From the NCBI GenBank assembly GCA_030527235.1, contig JAUNBL010000005.1:9798-73797 (forward strand): a DNA stretch of 64,000 bases, in the 5' to 3' direction. Numbering within the stretch: the first letter of the stretch is position 1; each line of letters begins with the position of its first letter. Origin of the DNA: Clostridia bacterium (GTDB taxonomy: Bacteria > Bacillota > Clostridia > UMGS1883). Positions 26,047-34,797 of the stretch are shown here, piece by piece. A program made the position numbers and the translations under genes. The notes under the pieces are model-generated. The model ran no database searches, was not told where the DNA came from, and worked only from the letters and a program-made list of their open reading frames with translations.

Positions 26047-27272
26047 ATATAATTGATATGGGAAAAGCTGCAAGAAAAGCTGCGGCTGCTTTAGCCGCCC
26101 TTTCCGCCACTGATAAAAATCTCTTGCTCCACGCCATGGCAGATGCGCTCGTTGCGAACTCTGATTCTATACTAAATGCCAACGCACAGGACGTAGCGCT
26201 CACGCGTCTTAAAGGTCCCATGGTAGACCGTCTCACTTTGACTTCAAAGCGAGTAGAGGAAATCGCCGCGGGCGTTCGTGCTGTTGCCGCGTTAGACGAC
26301 CCTGTCGGTGAAATGGTTTCGATGGCGGAGCGCCCAAACGGTCTTATAATAGGAAAAAGAAGAGTCCCCATGGGTGTTATCGCTGTTATATACGAAGCTC
26401 GTCCGAACGTCACTTCGGACTGCGCGGCGCTTTGCATTAAATCAGGCAACGCTTGCATTCTTCGCGGCGGAAGTGAAGCGATTCGCTCCAACAGCGCCAT
26501 TGCGAGCATTATGCGAGATGCCATCGGCGCAGCTGGTTTTAATCCGGATGCGCTTCAGCTCGTGGAGGACACCTCCCGCGAAAGCGCAGCGGAGCTTATG
26601 CGCCTTAACGAATATGTCGATTTGCTCATCCCGCGCGGAGGCCGCTCTCTCATAGAGAGCGCCGTCAAAAACGCCACCGTACCGGTTATTGAAACAGGTC
26701 TTGGCAACTGCCATGTTTATATTGACCACCCGTGCGATGAAGAAATGGGCGTGGATATTATTGTGAACGCCAAAACAAGCCGTCCCTCTGTTTGCAATGC
26801 GGCGGAGACGCTGCTTGTACACGCCGCAGCGGCAAAAAGCTTCCTTCCGAAAGCGGCGGCGGCGCTCACGGCACATGGAGTGGAAATTCGCGGCTGCCTA
26901 AGGACGCAGGAGATTATAAGCTGCACCCCTGCCTCCGAGACAGACTGGTCCACAGAGTATGACGATTTAATTCTTGCTGTCAAAATCGTCGATTCTTCCG
27001 ATGAAGCAATAGAGCATATAAACCTGTACAACACGCGCCATTCGGAAGCCATTGTAACGAAGAGCTATGAAAACGCACAAAAATTCCTGCGCCTTGTGGA
27101 CGCGGCGGCAGTTTACGTTAACGCCTCCACTCGATTTACCGATGGCGGCGAGTTCGGAATGGGAGCCGAAATAGGCATCAGCACTCAGAAAATGCATGCA
27201 CGGGGACCGATGGGCCTCCGCGAGCTTACAAGCACAAAATATATTATCTACGGAAACGGACAAGTGCGCTGA
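26043..27272 (+). CDS. proA: Gamma-glutamyl phosphate reductase
   Basis: It is aldehyde-dehydrogenase-like and carries PMGVIAVIYEARPNV and CNAAETLLVH. It is coupled to proB. Confidence 0.9.
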   Translation: MNIIDMGKAARKAAAALAALSATDKNLLLHAMADALVANSDSILNANAQDVALTRLKGPMVDRLTLTSKRVEEIAAGVRAVAALDDPVGEMVSMAERPNGLIIGKRRVPMGVIAVIYEARPNVTSDCAALCIKSGNACILRGGSEAIRSNSAIASIMRDAIGAAGFNPDALQLVEDTSRESAAELMRLNEYVDLLIPRGGRSLIESAVKNATVPVIETGLGNCHVYIDHPCDEEMGVDIIVNAKTSRPSVCNAAETLLVHAAAAKSFLPKAAAALTAHGVEIRGCLRTQEIISCTPASETDWSTEYDDLILAVKIVDSSDEAIEHINLYNTRHSEAIVTKSYENAQKFLRLVDAAAVYVNASTRFTDGGEFGMGAEIGISTQKMHARGPMGLRELTSTKYIIYGNGQVR

Positions 27273-27321
27273 TGTCTAAGCTGTTCAAAATCAACGGATT
27301 TAGGAAAGGGAGTAATCGCAA

Positions 27322-28524
27322 ATGAAATATGTTGTAATCCTCGCCGACGGCTGCGCAGACATGCCCGTGGAAGCTCTCGGCGGTAAAACGCCGCTCGACG
27401 CGGCGGATAAGCCTCATATGGATATGTTTGCACGAGACGGCAAACTTTTTTTGGTCAAAACGATTCCTGACGGCATGAAGCCCGGCAGTGATGTTGCCAA
27501 TATCGCCGTACTCGGTTATGACCCGCGTACCTGCTACACGGGCCGCTCTTCGCTTGAGGCGGCAAGTATGGGGATAGAGCTTAAAGACAATCAAACTACG
27601 TTTCGTGTAAATCTCGTCACTCTTTCCGACGAAGCGAATTATGCTGACAAAACTATGCTCGATTACTCGGCCGGCGAAATAACCACCGCTGAAGGCAACG
27701 CGCTTATGGCGGAAGTTGAAAAGCGCCTCGGCGGAGGCGGGATGCATTTTTTTGGAGGCGTGAGCTACAGAAACCTCTGCATTTGGGATAATGCTCCCAA
27801 AAAGTTTAACCTGACTCCCCCGCACGATATTTCGTCCCGGATTGTAGGGGATTATCTGCCGGACAACGAGGCGCTGCTTCGCCTTATGGTTGAGAGCAAT
27901 AAATTTCTCCCCGATTGTGAGGTCAACAAAAAAAGAACTGCGTCCGGCAAGAACACAGCCAATTCGCTTTGGATTTGGGGAGAGGGCACAAAGCCGACCA
28001 TGGAAAACTTCGAGGCGAAAAACTCTGTTCGGGGAGCAGTTGTCTCGGCAGTGGACCTTGTAAAAGGCATTGCCATCCTCGCAGGCATGAAATCCATTGA
28101 TGTTCAAGGCGCTACCGGAACTTTGTCCACTAATTTTGCCGGCAAGGCGCAAGCCGCGATTGACGCTCTGCTCAAGGACGATTTCGACCTTGTGTATGTC
28201 CACCTCGAAGCCCCTGACGAATGCGGGCATCAAGGCGATGCGGCCGGCAAGATAAAAAGTCTTGAACTCATTGACTCGCTCGTTATAGCGCCTATTCTAT
28301 CGGCTCTTGAAAAAAGCGGCGAAGACTATTCCTTTATGCTTATGCCCGACCACCCCACCCCTGTCAAAACGCGTACTCATGATTCAACTGCGGTACCGTG
28401 CGCGATATATCGCAAGAGCGACTCAAAGAAAGAGTCCAGTACGCGCTTTTGCGAAGCGGACGCAAATACCAAGGGCGAATATATTGCCGAAGGCTTTACG
28501 ATGATGAAACGATTCCTCGGATAA
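27322..28524 (+). CDS. Cofactor-independent phosphoglycerate mutase, archaeal-type (ApgM family metalloenzyme)
   Basis: MKYVVILADGCADMP...GKTPL...HLEAPDECGH...DHPTP are signature motifs of the ApgM family. Confidence 0.75.
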   Translation: MKYVVILADGCADMPVEALGGKTPLDAADKPHMDMFARDGKLFLVKTIPDGMKPGSDVANIAVLGYDPRTCYTGRSSLEAASMGIELKDNQTTFRVNLVTLSDEANYADKTMLDYSAGEITTAEGNALMAEVEKRLGGGGMHFFGGVSYRNLCIWDNAPKKFNLTPPHDISSRIVGDYLPDNEALLRLMVESNKFLPDCEVNKKRTASGKNTANSLWIWGEGTKPTMENFEAKNSVRGAVVSAVDLVKGIAILAGMKSIDVQGATGTLSTNFAGKAQAAIDALLKDDFDLVYVHLEAPDECGHQGDAAGKIKSLELIDSLVIAPILSALEKSGEDYSFMLMPDHPTPVKTRTHDSTAVPCAIYRKSDSKKESSTRFCEADANTKGEYIAEGFTMMKRFLG

Positions 28525-28552
28525 AGTATTTTAGCACAATGGAGCTGATGAT

Positions 28553-29650
28553 ATGGATAAACAATGGGAAAAATGGCAGGTGTTAGCGCATAAGCTGTTA
28601 ATTGTCGGCGTGCTCGGCGGCGCGGCAGTGCTGCTCTTATTTCTTTTGCCGCGGGCGCTTATCTTGTTTTTGCCGTTTATAATTGCATTTTTCATATCCT
28701 GCATTGCCGGTCCGGTATACCGGCTCATGCGCCGCGCGCATTTCCCGCGCCAGCTTGGAGCGCTTCTTTCTGTGGTGCTTGTAATTGCCGTTGTCGGAGG
28801 AATACTAACGGCAATAGTTTTTAAGATTGCTACGGAAACCGTATCGTTTGCGCAGAACTTTTCCTCGATATACTCGACGGCAGCGGTGTACATCGAGGGC
28901 GCTCTTGTCGATTTGCGTGAATGGATACGTCTTTTGCCCGAAGGTGCGGTTACCGGGATAAACAACTTCTTAATTAACGCTGTAGACCAGTTCGGAGAAA
29001 TTATAAACACCGTCTTCTCAAACCTTGTAACTGCCATTTCCACAGGCGCTCTCAACGCGGCAAAGAACGTCCCTTCACTGCTTGTGGCTTTCATCGTCAC
29101 CATTCTCGCGTCGTATTTTATGCTTTCTGACGGGATTAAAATCTCAGCGTTTTTCAGGCGCACTATAGGCGACGACGCATACGCCAATGCCGTCGGGGTC
29201 AAGAATGACTTGTTCGCCGCGCTTGGAGGCTATGTCAGAGCACAACTTATTTTAATGTCAATTACATTTTGCGAGCTGTTGGTAGGCTTTCTGATTCTGC
29301 GTGTGGATTACGCGTTTTTGCTCGCTCTTCTTATCGCATTTATAGATGCCATTCCAATACTCGGCACCGGTACCGTACTGCTTCCGTGGGCTCTGGTGCA
29401 GCTGCTCATGCAGAATTACGCCTTCGCGCTCGGATTGCTGATTCTTTACGGCGTCTGCCTTGCGGTGCGCCAGCTCTTGGAGCCAAAAATTGTCAGCACC
29501 CAAATCGGCGTTCATCCCCTTGTGACGCTGATTTCGATGTACATAGGACTGAGGCTATTCGGGTTTCTGGGCATGATTTTGGGTCCGATAATAGTCCTCA
29601 TCGTGAAAAATCTCTTAATACGGCTGAGAAAGAATAAGCCTGCGCAGTAA
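28553..29650 (+). CDS. AI-2E/PerM family membrane protein (YtvI-like)
   Basis: It is polytopic and carries the FIDAIPILGTG..LLPW motif characteristic of the AI-2E/YtvI family. Confidence 0.7.
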   Translation: MDKQWEKWQVLAHKLLIVGVLGGAAVLLLFLLPRALILFLPFIIAFFISCIAGPVYRLMRRAHFPRQLGALLSVVLVIAVVGGILTAIVFKIATETVSFAQNFSSIYSTAAVYIEGALVDLREWIRLLPEGAVTGINNFLINAVDQFGEIINTVFSNLVTAISTGALNAAKNVPSLLVAFIVTILASYFMLSDGIKISAFFRRTIGDDAYANAVGVKNDLFAALGGYVRAQLILMSITFCELLVGFLILRVDYAFLLALLIAFIDAIPILGTGTVLLPWALVQLLMQNYAFALGLLILYGVCLAVRQLLEPKIVSTQIGVHPLVTLISMYIGLRLFGFLGMILGPIIVLIVKNLLIRLRKNKPAQ

Positions 29651-29655
29651 ACGTG

Positions 29656-29690
29656 AGATGCGCCCTGTGTTATCAGGGCGCATCTTTTTT
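29656..29690 (+). terminator. Intrinsic terminator after the ytvI-like gene (the hairpin is shared with the convergent gltX)
   Basis: An 11-bp stem, GATGCGCCCTG / CAGGGCGCATC, followed by T6. Confidence 0.65.
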
Positions 29691-31341
29691 ATCTCTTTAA
29701 GTCCTCAAGGGCTTTTTTTATTCTTTCCCCGGCGCGTTTTTCGCCCAAAGTCTGTGAAATGCACCATACGTCCGGCGAATTCAGGCGGCCGGTTATCGCG
29801 GCGCGGATTACGCCGCTGACGTCTCCCACATGCCCCTTGTATGCGTTCGGGTCCTTCTTGTACAGCTGCGGCTTCGGAGCGTAGCCTTGCTTTTCACCCA
29901 GGGCACGAATCTTTTCAAACCATTCGCTCTGAGTGTCTTTGTGGTTGTAGCTTGACAAATATCCCTCCAGGATGCTGATGCAATCCTCTCTCGACACATT
30001 GGCTGGATAGTGGTCTTCTATAGTGAAAAGCTCGTCGAAAAAGAAGCTGTAAAAAGTTTTGGACTGTTTCCATGATGAAATATCCTTCCGCGGCTTATCC
30101 CCGCCCCGACCTATTGATATCATGGAAATAGAAAAATCCTTATCTCTGGTTAAGAGCTGATAGTACTCCCTGTCGCACTCCTTCGCCCACGCGGTAATAG
30201 CATCATATACGGTCTGCGCATCGAGCGAAGCAATATAATTCTTGCTGACGTCGGAAAGCTTCTCAATATCAAACAGCGCACCGGAAACACTCATTTTCTC
30301 CGTGGAAAATGCGAACTCCTCAAGCGGAAGCTGCGCATTCTCCATCCGCCACTGCTCAAAATTCGAGTTCAAAACGCCTATCAGGTACTCCCGCACCGCG
30401 GTAGGCGTATACCCCTGGGCTTTATAAAACTCAAGGGAAAGCTCCGGGTCCTTGCGCTTTGAGAGCTTGCGTTTCACGCCGCCGTCTATCTTCATCAACG
30501 TCGCCGTATGACAGTAAATCGGCCTTTCCCAGCATAGAGCCTCAAAAAGCTGTACATGCACAGGCAGCGTTGCCAGCCACTCCTCACCGCGCACCACATG
30601 CGTTGTACGCATAAGATGGTCATCCACCACATGCGCAAAATGATAGGTCGGTATCTTGTCAGATTTCAGCAGCACAACATCCATATCATTTTCAGGCATA
30701 CGCAGAGTACCGCGAATAGCGTCTTCCACCTCTATATACCTGCCTCTCGGCTCAGGCGCCCGAAAGCGCAGCACATAGCTTTTGCCCTTCTTAAGTTCTT
30801 CTTCAATTTGCTCTATTGTGAAATCGCGGTGCTTTGCCCATTTGCCGTAATAGCCGAAATTCTCTTTCTTTTCTTCCTGCTCGGCGCGCATCTGAGCAAG
30901 CTGCTCTTCAGTGCAAAAGCACGGGTACGCCAATCCCTTTTCAACAAGCGCTTTCGCAAAGGTTTGATATATGGCGGCTCGCTCGCGCTGGCGGTATGGA
31001 CCATACGCTCCTGTTTCACCGTTTTTATCTGCGCCCTCGTCAAAGTTAACTCCAAAATAAGAAAGCGTATCGGTCAGCATTTCAACCGCGCCGGGGACTG
31101 TGCGCTTCTGGTCGGTATCCTCAATTCTCAAATAAAACACGCCGCCGCTTGTATGCGCAAGGCGCTCATCCGCCAATGCGCCGTAGAGATTGCCCAAATG
31201 TATAAAACCGGTCGGACTGGGACCAAGCCTCGTTACTTTCGCACCCTCCGGCAAATCGCGCGGGGGATACAGCTTCTCGTAGTATTCACACGTTTTGTCA
31301 ATGTCGCCAAAAAGAAGCTCGGCAAGCCTTTTGTTGTCCAT
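29689..31341 (-). CDS. gltX: Glutamate--tRNA ligase (class I, long clostridial form)
   Basis: PSPTGFIHLGN (the HxGx signature), FYLRIEDTDQKR, and KLSKRK (KMSKS-like). Confidence 0.75.
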   Translation of the reverse strand: MDNKRLAELLFGDIDKTCEYYEKLYPPRDLPEGAKVTRLGPSPTGFIHLGNLYGALADERLAHTSGGVFYLRIEDTDQKRTVPGAVEMLTDTLSYFGVNFDEGADKNGETGAYGPYRQRERAAIYQTFAKALVEKGLAYPCFCTEEQLAQMRAEQEEKKENFGYYGKWAKHRDFTIEQIEEELKKGKSYVLRFRAPEPRGRYIEVEDAIRGTLRMPENDMDVVLLKSDKIPTYHFAHVVDDHLMRTTHVVRGEEWLATLPVHVQLFEALCWERPIYCHTATLMKIDGGVKRKLSKRKDPELSLEFYKAQGYTPTAVREYLIGVLNSNFEQWRMENAQLPLEEFAFSTEKMSVSGALFDIEKLSDVSKNYIASLDAQTVYDAITAWAKECDREYYQLLTRDKDFSISMISIGRGGDKPRKDISSWKQSKTFYSFFFDELFTIEDHYPANVSREDCISILEGYLSSYNHKDTQSEWFEKIRALGEKQGYAPKPQLYKKDPNAYKGHVGDVSGVIRAAITGRLNSPDVWCISQTLGEKRAGERIKKALEDLKR

Positions 31342-31353
31342 AAACTATTCCCC

Positions 31354-32958
31354 TCAGTATAAAATATTTGCCTCTTGTGCAAGCGGCATCATTACATCGT
31401 TCCATAGGAACACCCTTGCCGTAATGCCGCGAATGCTGCCTTCAACCATTTCGCTCAACGAAACAGAATTAAAACCACTCTCTAACACAAGCTTTTTAAG
31501 CGACGCTTTAACAAGCCGTTCATTCTCAAAGAGCACCATCACGAGAACTGCATTTTTCGCCGCATCTGGGTTATATATCGGCACGTCAACAAAAACCTCT
31601 GTCACATCTCCGCGAAGCGATACCTTTTCGGACGATGCCTGCGCAACAAGATTATTTGCGCTTACAAAAACTTCAAATGACGACACATTCCCCTTATAAA
31701 GCACATTCACTTTTTGAGGACCGATTTTTTGCGCACCAAAACCGCTTATTGTATAGTCCTCCGTTATCTGGCTTGTATTGTCTGCGTAATTCACTGTTAC
31801 AATCATATCGCTTGTATCAAGCTCTTCGCCCAGAATATATTCCGTTTTGGACGGCGCCGTCACCTCGACAGACGAAACAGGACTTATCGTACCCTCGTAT
31901 ACGGCAAAATCATCGAACGAGACGCCTGCACTCATCCAGCGCATGTTTATAAGCAGCAGATTCCATTCATCAGTCGTATGAAGCACCCGCGTACGTGTTT
32001 CCCATTCATTGGATGCCGTTATTGTGGAATAGTCTCCGTCAATCTTGCCCGGCACAAGGCTGTTCGTCTCTTCACGCCAAGTTTGCATCTGCGCTGCGCT
32101 GTACCCGTTGGAGGTAGTTATCTCCAGACCGTTGGCATCCGTTATCGAGGGACCAAACCACATCTGACCTCCGGAAAACGTCGATTTGATTTTATATGTG
32201 ACGGTATATGTCTTATTCGGTTCCAGCTGCAAATACCGTTTTATCGCACCGGACAAATTTGTCCCGCTGTTTTGACCGGTAGAGGTTATATAGTGGTTGT
32301 CGCCCTCAGAATTGTATGCGAAGTTTGAAGTTGTCATCTGCTGGACGCTGGTTTTGCCTTTCGAGCCGGCGCCGACTGTCCAGTCGGTTATATTCGTTCC
32401 GGAAATGCTCTCAAAATCACCGTTCGTGAGCAGATTGACCTTTATGTCCTCATCGTCATAAGCGAAGAAGTTTTCGCAGTTTATCGATGCCGCTGTAAAC
32501 GCATCGTCCAAAAACGCGGCCGCATAAGTCGCACTGAAGTAAAGCGGAAGCGATGAGACGCGCTTAAAGCGAATTGCAAACAGTTCAATCGAGCCGAGCG
32601 TTTCCACCTCGTCGCCGGCGCACATCACTTCAAACGCACCGCTTGAAAGCTCTTTAATATACGTCTTGAAGTTTCCCGCAAGGCGTTCCTCCAGCGCATC
32701 GGACAAAAATTGCGTCTCTTCTCCGTTTTCATCAACCGGAACCGCCGAAAAAGAGTCAAACTCAATTTTCACATCACATGAGAGAAACTTATTGACGCTC
32801 ATCTCCTCAAGCGATACGGTCAGCAAAAACACATCGCCCACTTCAGTCGTGTCCGCAATCGATGCCGTAAGATTTGCCGAAGCCGCGGCAGATGCCACTG
32901 CCGGAAACAGACATAAAACACATATAAGACATATAGCTCTTTTTCTAATATTACTCAT
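31354..32958 (-). CDS. Secreted protein with cohesin-like N-terminal module, CBM-like module, Ig-like module and C-terminal beta module
   Basis: The signal peptide is MSNIRKRAICLICVLCLFPAVASA. The cohesin-like pattern is GDVFLLTVSLEE...DVKIEFDS...IELFAIRFKRV. It also has NLLTNGDFE (CBM4/9-like) and a Big_3-like segment. The start is ambiguous between 32958 and 32979. Confidence 0.55.
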   Translation of the reverse strand: MSNIRKRAICLICVLCLFPAVASAAASANLTASIADTTEVGDVFLLTVSLEEMSVNKFLSCDVKIEFDSFSAVPVDENGEETQFLSDALEERLAGNFKTYIKELSSGAFEVMCAGDEVETLGSIELFAIRFKRVSSLPLYFSATYAAAFLDDAFTAASINCENFFAYDDEDIKVNLLTNGDFESISGTNITDWTVGAGSKGKTSVQQMTTSNFAYNSEGDNHYITSTGQNSGTNLSGAIKRYLQLEPNKTYTVTYKIKSTFSGGQMWFGPSITDANGLEITTSNGYSAAQMQTWREETNSLVPGKIDGDYSTITASNEWETRTRVLHTTDEWNLLLINMRWMSAGVSFDDFAVYEGTISPVSSVEVTAPSKTEYILGEELDTSDMIVTVNYADNTSQITEDYTISGFGAQKIGPQKVNVLYKGNVSSFEVFVSANNLVAQASSEKVSLRGDVTEVFVDVPIYNPDAAKNAVLVMVLFENERLVKASLKKLVLESGFNSVSLSEMVEGSIRGITARVFLWNDVMMPLAQEANILY

Positions 32959-33703
32959 AGCTTTTGCCCTCATTTGCAAGTATAATCTGAAAATCAGCCA
33001 GATTTATAATCCCGTCGTCATTAATGTCAAGATTCTCCTGCCCATCGCTGCTCTCTCCCCACGCAGTCAAAATCTCCTGAAGATCAATGTTGTCTATAAC
33101 CCCGTCCGCCGTGACATCACCGCCGTACAGCTCCACATTGCCAAGGTTAATACTGCTCGTCGCGTCTACGTCCTTATATGTTTTATATAAGTATCCCTCG
33201 CGCCCCAACACAACATCATAAATTCCGGGCTCAACCACCAATGTGTATCCCCCGCCTTCGTTAAGCGCAGCCGTGGCTGTACCCGCGCTGACGCTCACCC
33301 GCGTTATGTTTGCTCCGCCGCGTACGCTTGCGCTGCCTCGTATTCTCGAAAGCCCATCGTTAATAAGGGCAATCGTACCTGTAGCATACGAGTCAAGGTC
33401 TATGCCTCCCAGGTAATACGTATACGTCTGCGCACTGTTTTTAAGAGGCACCGTGAAACTCACCATAGAGCCTTCCACTTTCTTTTGACCCATATAGCAA
33501 ATATCCTCATCGCTATAATTAATAATGCTCTTGTCAGACGGTAAAACAAGAATCGTCGCAACCTGCTCGTCCAAGCTGTCGGCATATGAGAACGCAACAA
33601 CAGCCATCGTCACATCGCTCTCAATGTCTACATCCGTTATTCGCGCCGCATATGCACCGGTTGCGGCAAACAGCGCCAAAACCATTACTATGGCCTTTTT
33701 CAT
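32951..33703 (-). CDS. Secreted dockerin-containing protein
   Basis: It has a signal peptide. The C-terminus carries a duplicated Ca-binding dockerin repeat (GDVTADGVIDNIDLQEIL and LDINDDGIINLADFQIIL, about 32954-33135), preceded by a carboxypeptidase-regulatory-like fold. Confidence 0.7.
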   Translation of the reverse strand: MKKAIVMVLALFAATGAYAARITDVDIESDVTMAVVAFSYADSLDEQVATILVLPSDKSIINYSDEDICYMGQKKVEGSMVSFTVPLKNSAQTYTYYLGGIDLDSYATGTIALINDGLSRIRGSASVRGGANITRVSVSAGTATAALNEGGGYTLVVEPGIYDVVLGREGYLYKTYKDVDATSSINLGNVELYGGDVTADGVIDNIDLQEILTAWGESSDGQENLDINDDGIINLADFQIILANEGKSYE

Positions 33704-33749
33704 GCCTCAGTCGCCTCGCTTCATCTTTTGTTTTTCCCTTGTTCGTTTT

Positions 33750-33778
33750 ATTATACAATAAAAGCTGTGATATTACAA
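33750..33778 (-). promoter_or_regulatory. Candidate promoter of the dockerin/cohesin-like/gltX transcription unit
   Basis: The minus strand reads TTGTAA, 17-nt spacer, TATAAT. Confidence 0.5.
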
Positions 33779-33870
33779 CACTTTTTTATCGCTCTCCGCT
33801 ATTATCCTGCTGTAGTGCGCTGCAAAATTTACAACCGCAGAAAAAATTTCTATTTTTTATAATAAAACTA

Positions 33871-34138
33871 TTGACTTTTCCTTTTTGTGCGTTAGAGTGT
33901 CTGCATGTGATATGTATTTCATGATTTGATAACTTCCATCGTACAAATGCGGTTTTCGTTTATACGCTGATATCTGAACAGTGAAACCGTACGTACGTGC
34001 AGTCAGACAATCAGACGGCAAAGTTTATGGTCTGACGCTCTGTTTTGATGGATTCGCCAATTTCCATATCTCACCATGTATTGCTCCTGTCAAGCGGCTG
34101 CCTGTGTTTAACAAGCGCGGCGCCGCTTTTTTTATTTT
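33871..34138 (+). ncRNA. Candidate small RNA (promoter-like element to orphan terminator), unclassified
   Basis: TTGACT-16-TAGAGT at 33871-33898 and a plus-strand intrinsic terminator at 34092-34138, with no credible ORF or RBS between them. Confidence 0.2.
34092..34138 (+). terminator. Orphan plus-strand intrinsic terminator
   Basis: AAGCGGC(T)GCC pairs with GGCGCCGCTT, followed by TTTTTTTATTTT. No plus-strand gene lies upstream. Confidence 0.5.
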
Positions 34139-34336
34139 GAAAAACAAAAGCGCATGCCTTGTATGAAATAGCTCGGCATGCACTTTTTGTAAATTTTACT
34201 GCCTGTTTGGAAAACTCATGACATCCTGCGTTTTTATTCCCAATCTGCGGCGGCTATTAACTCGGCTCACATACGGGAGTCAAAGAACCAAACTCGGCAA
34301 AAGCTTTTTTGTCCCTGCTGCCTCCGCACAAGTATG

Positions 34337-34546
34337 CTATTTCCGCCAAAACGTAGGACATTCGGTTCTTTCAAGCAGATAGTCTATGGACACATTGAAA
34401 TAAGCGGCGATACTGATAAGCTCTGCATAGCCGGCTTCGCGCTCCCCTGTCTCATATCTGCTAATCGTATTTTGACTCATATTCAAATCCATTGCAAGCT
34501 TCAACTGTGTAATATTCCGGCTTTTGCGCAATTCCTTCAATCTCAT
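34337..34546 (-). CDS. XRE-family helix-turn-helix transcriptional regulator (69 aa)
   Basis: MRLKELRKSRNITQLKLAMDLNMSQNTISRYETGE is a classic HTH_3. The ATG at 34546 is preceded by AGAGG. Confidence 0.8.
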   Translation of the reverse strand: MRLKELRKSRNITQLKLAMDLNMSQNTISRYETGEREAGYAELISIAAYFNVSIDYLLERTECPTFWRK

Positions 34547-34557
34547 AACGTTACCTC

Positions 34558-34586
34558 TTGACAGCATTGTACCAATTTGGTATAAT
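34558..34586 (+). promoter_or_regulatory. Consensus sigma-A promoter facing the REC-EAL gene
   Basis: TTGACA, 17-nt spacer, TGG-TATAAT. Both hexamers are perfect and there is an extended -10. Confidence 0.65.
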
Positions 34587-34588
34587 GC
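34564..34588. promoter_or_regulatory. 25-bp palindrome (12-1-12, one mismatch) carrying both divergent -10 elements; candidate XRE operator
   Basis: GCATTGTACCAA-T-TTGGTATAATGC. The minus strand reads TGG-TACAAT and the plus strand reads TGG-TATAAT. Confidence 0.5.
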
Positions 34589-34797
34589 TAATATCCCGTA
34601 ATGGTATATTATTTGGCAAAAACCACTTTAATAACAAAAAAATTCTTTTTTTGAAGCGCGAAAATGATTATAAATATAGACAAAACGAAAGATTCATGCT
34701 ATACTGACAATCAGGTGCGCTTGCATTTTGGCAGTTTATAAATGCGAACAAGAGGATTTGCTGAATATGCTCTGAAGAAGGGGAGGCGACAGCTGCT

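Noticed and set aside
27244-28233. A 329-aa ORF antisense to the ApgM-family gene
   Set aside because: It lies entirely inside a well-supported gene on the other strand, has low-complexity Arg/Gly-rich composition, and has no RBS. This is a typical shadow ORF.
33981-34166. A 61-aa plus-strand ORF with a GTG start in the ORF-free intergenic region
   Set aside because: It has no RBS and runs through the terminator hairpin and T-tract. It is more likely non-coding.
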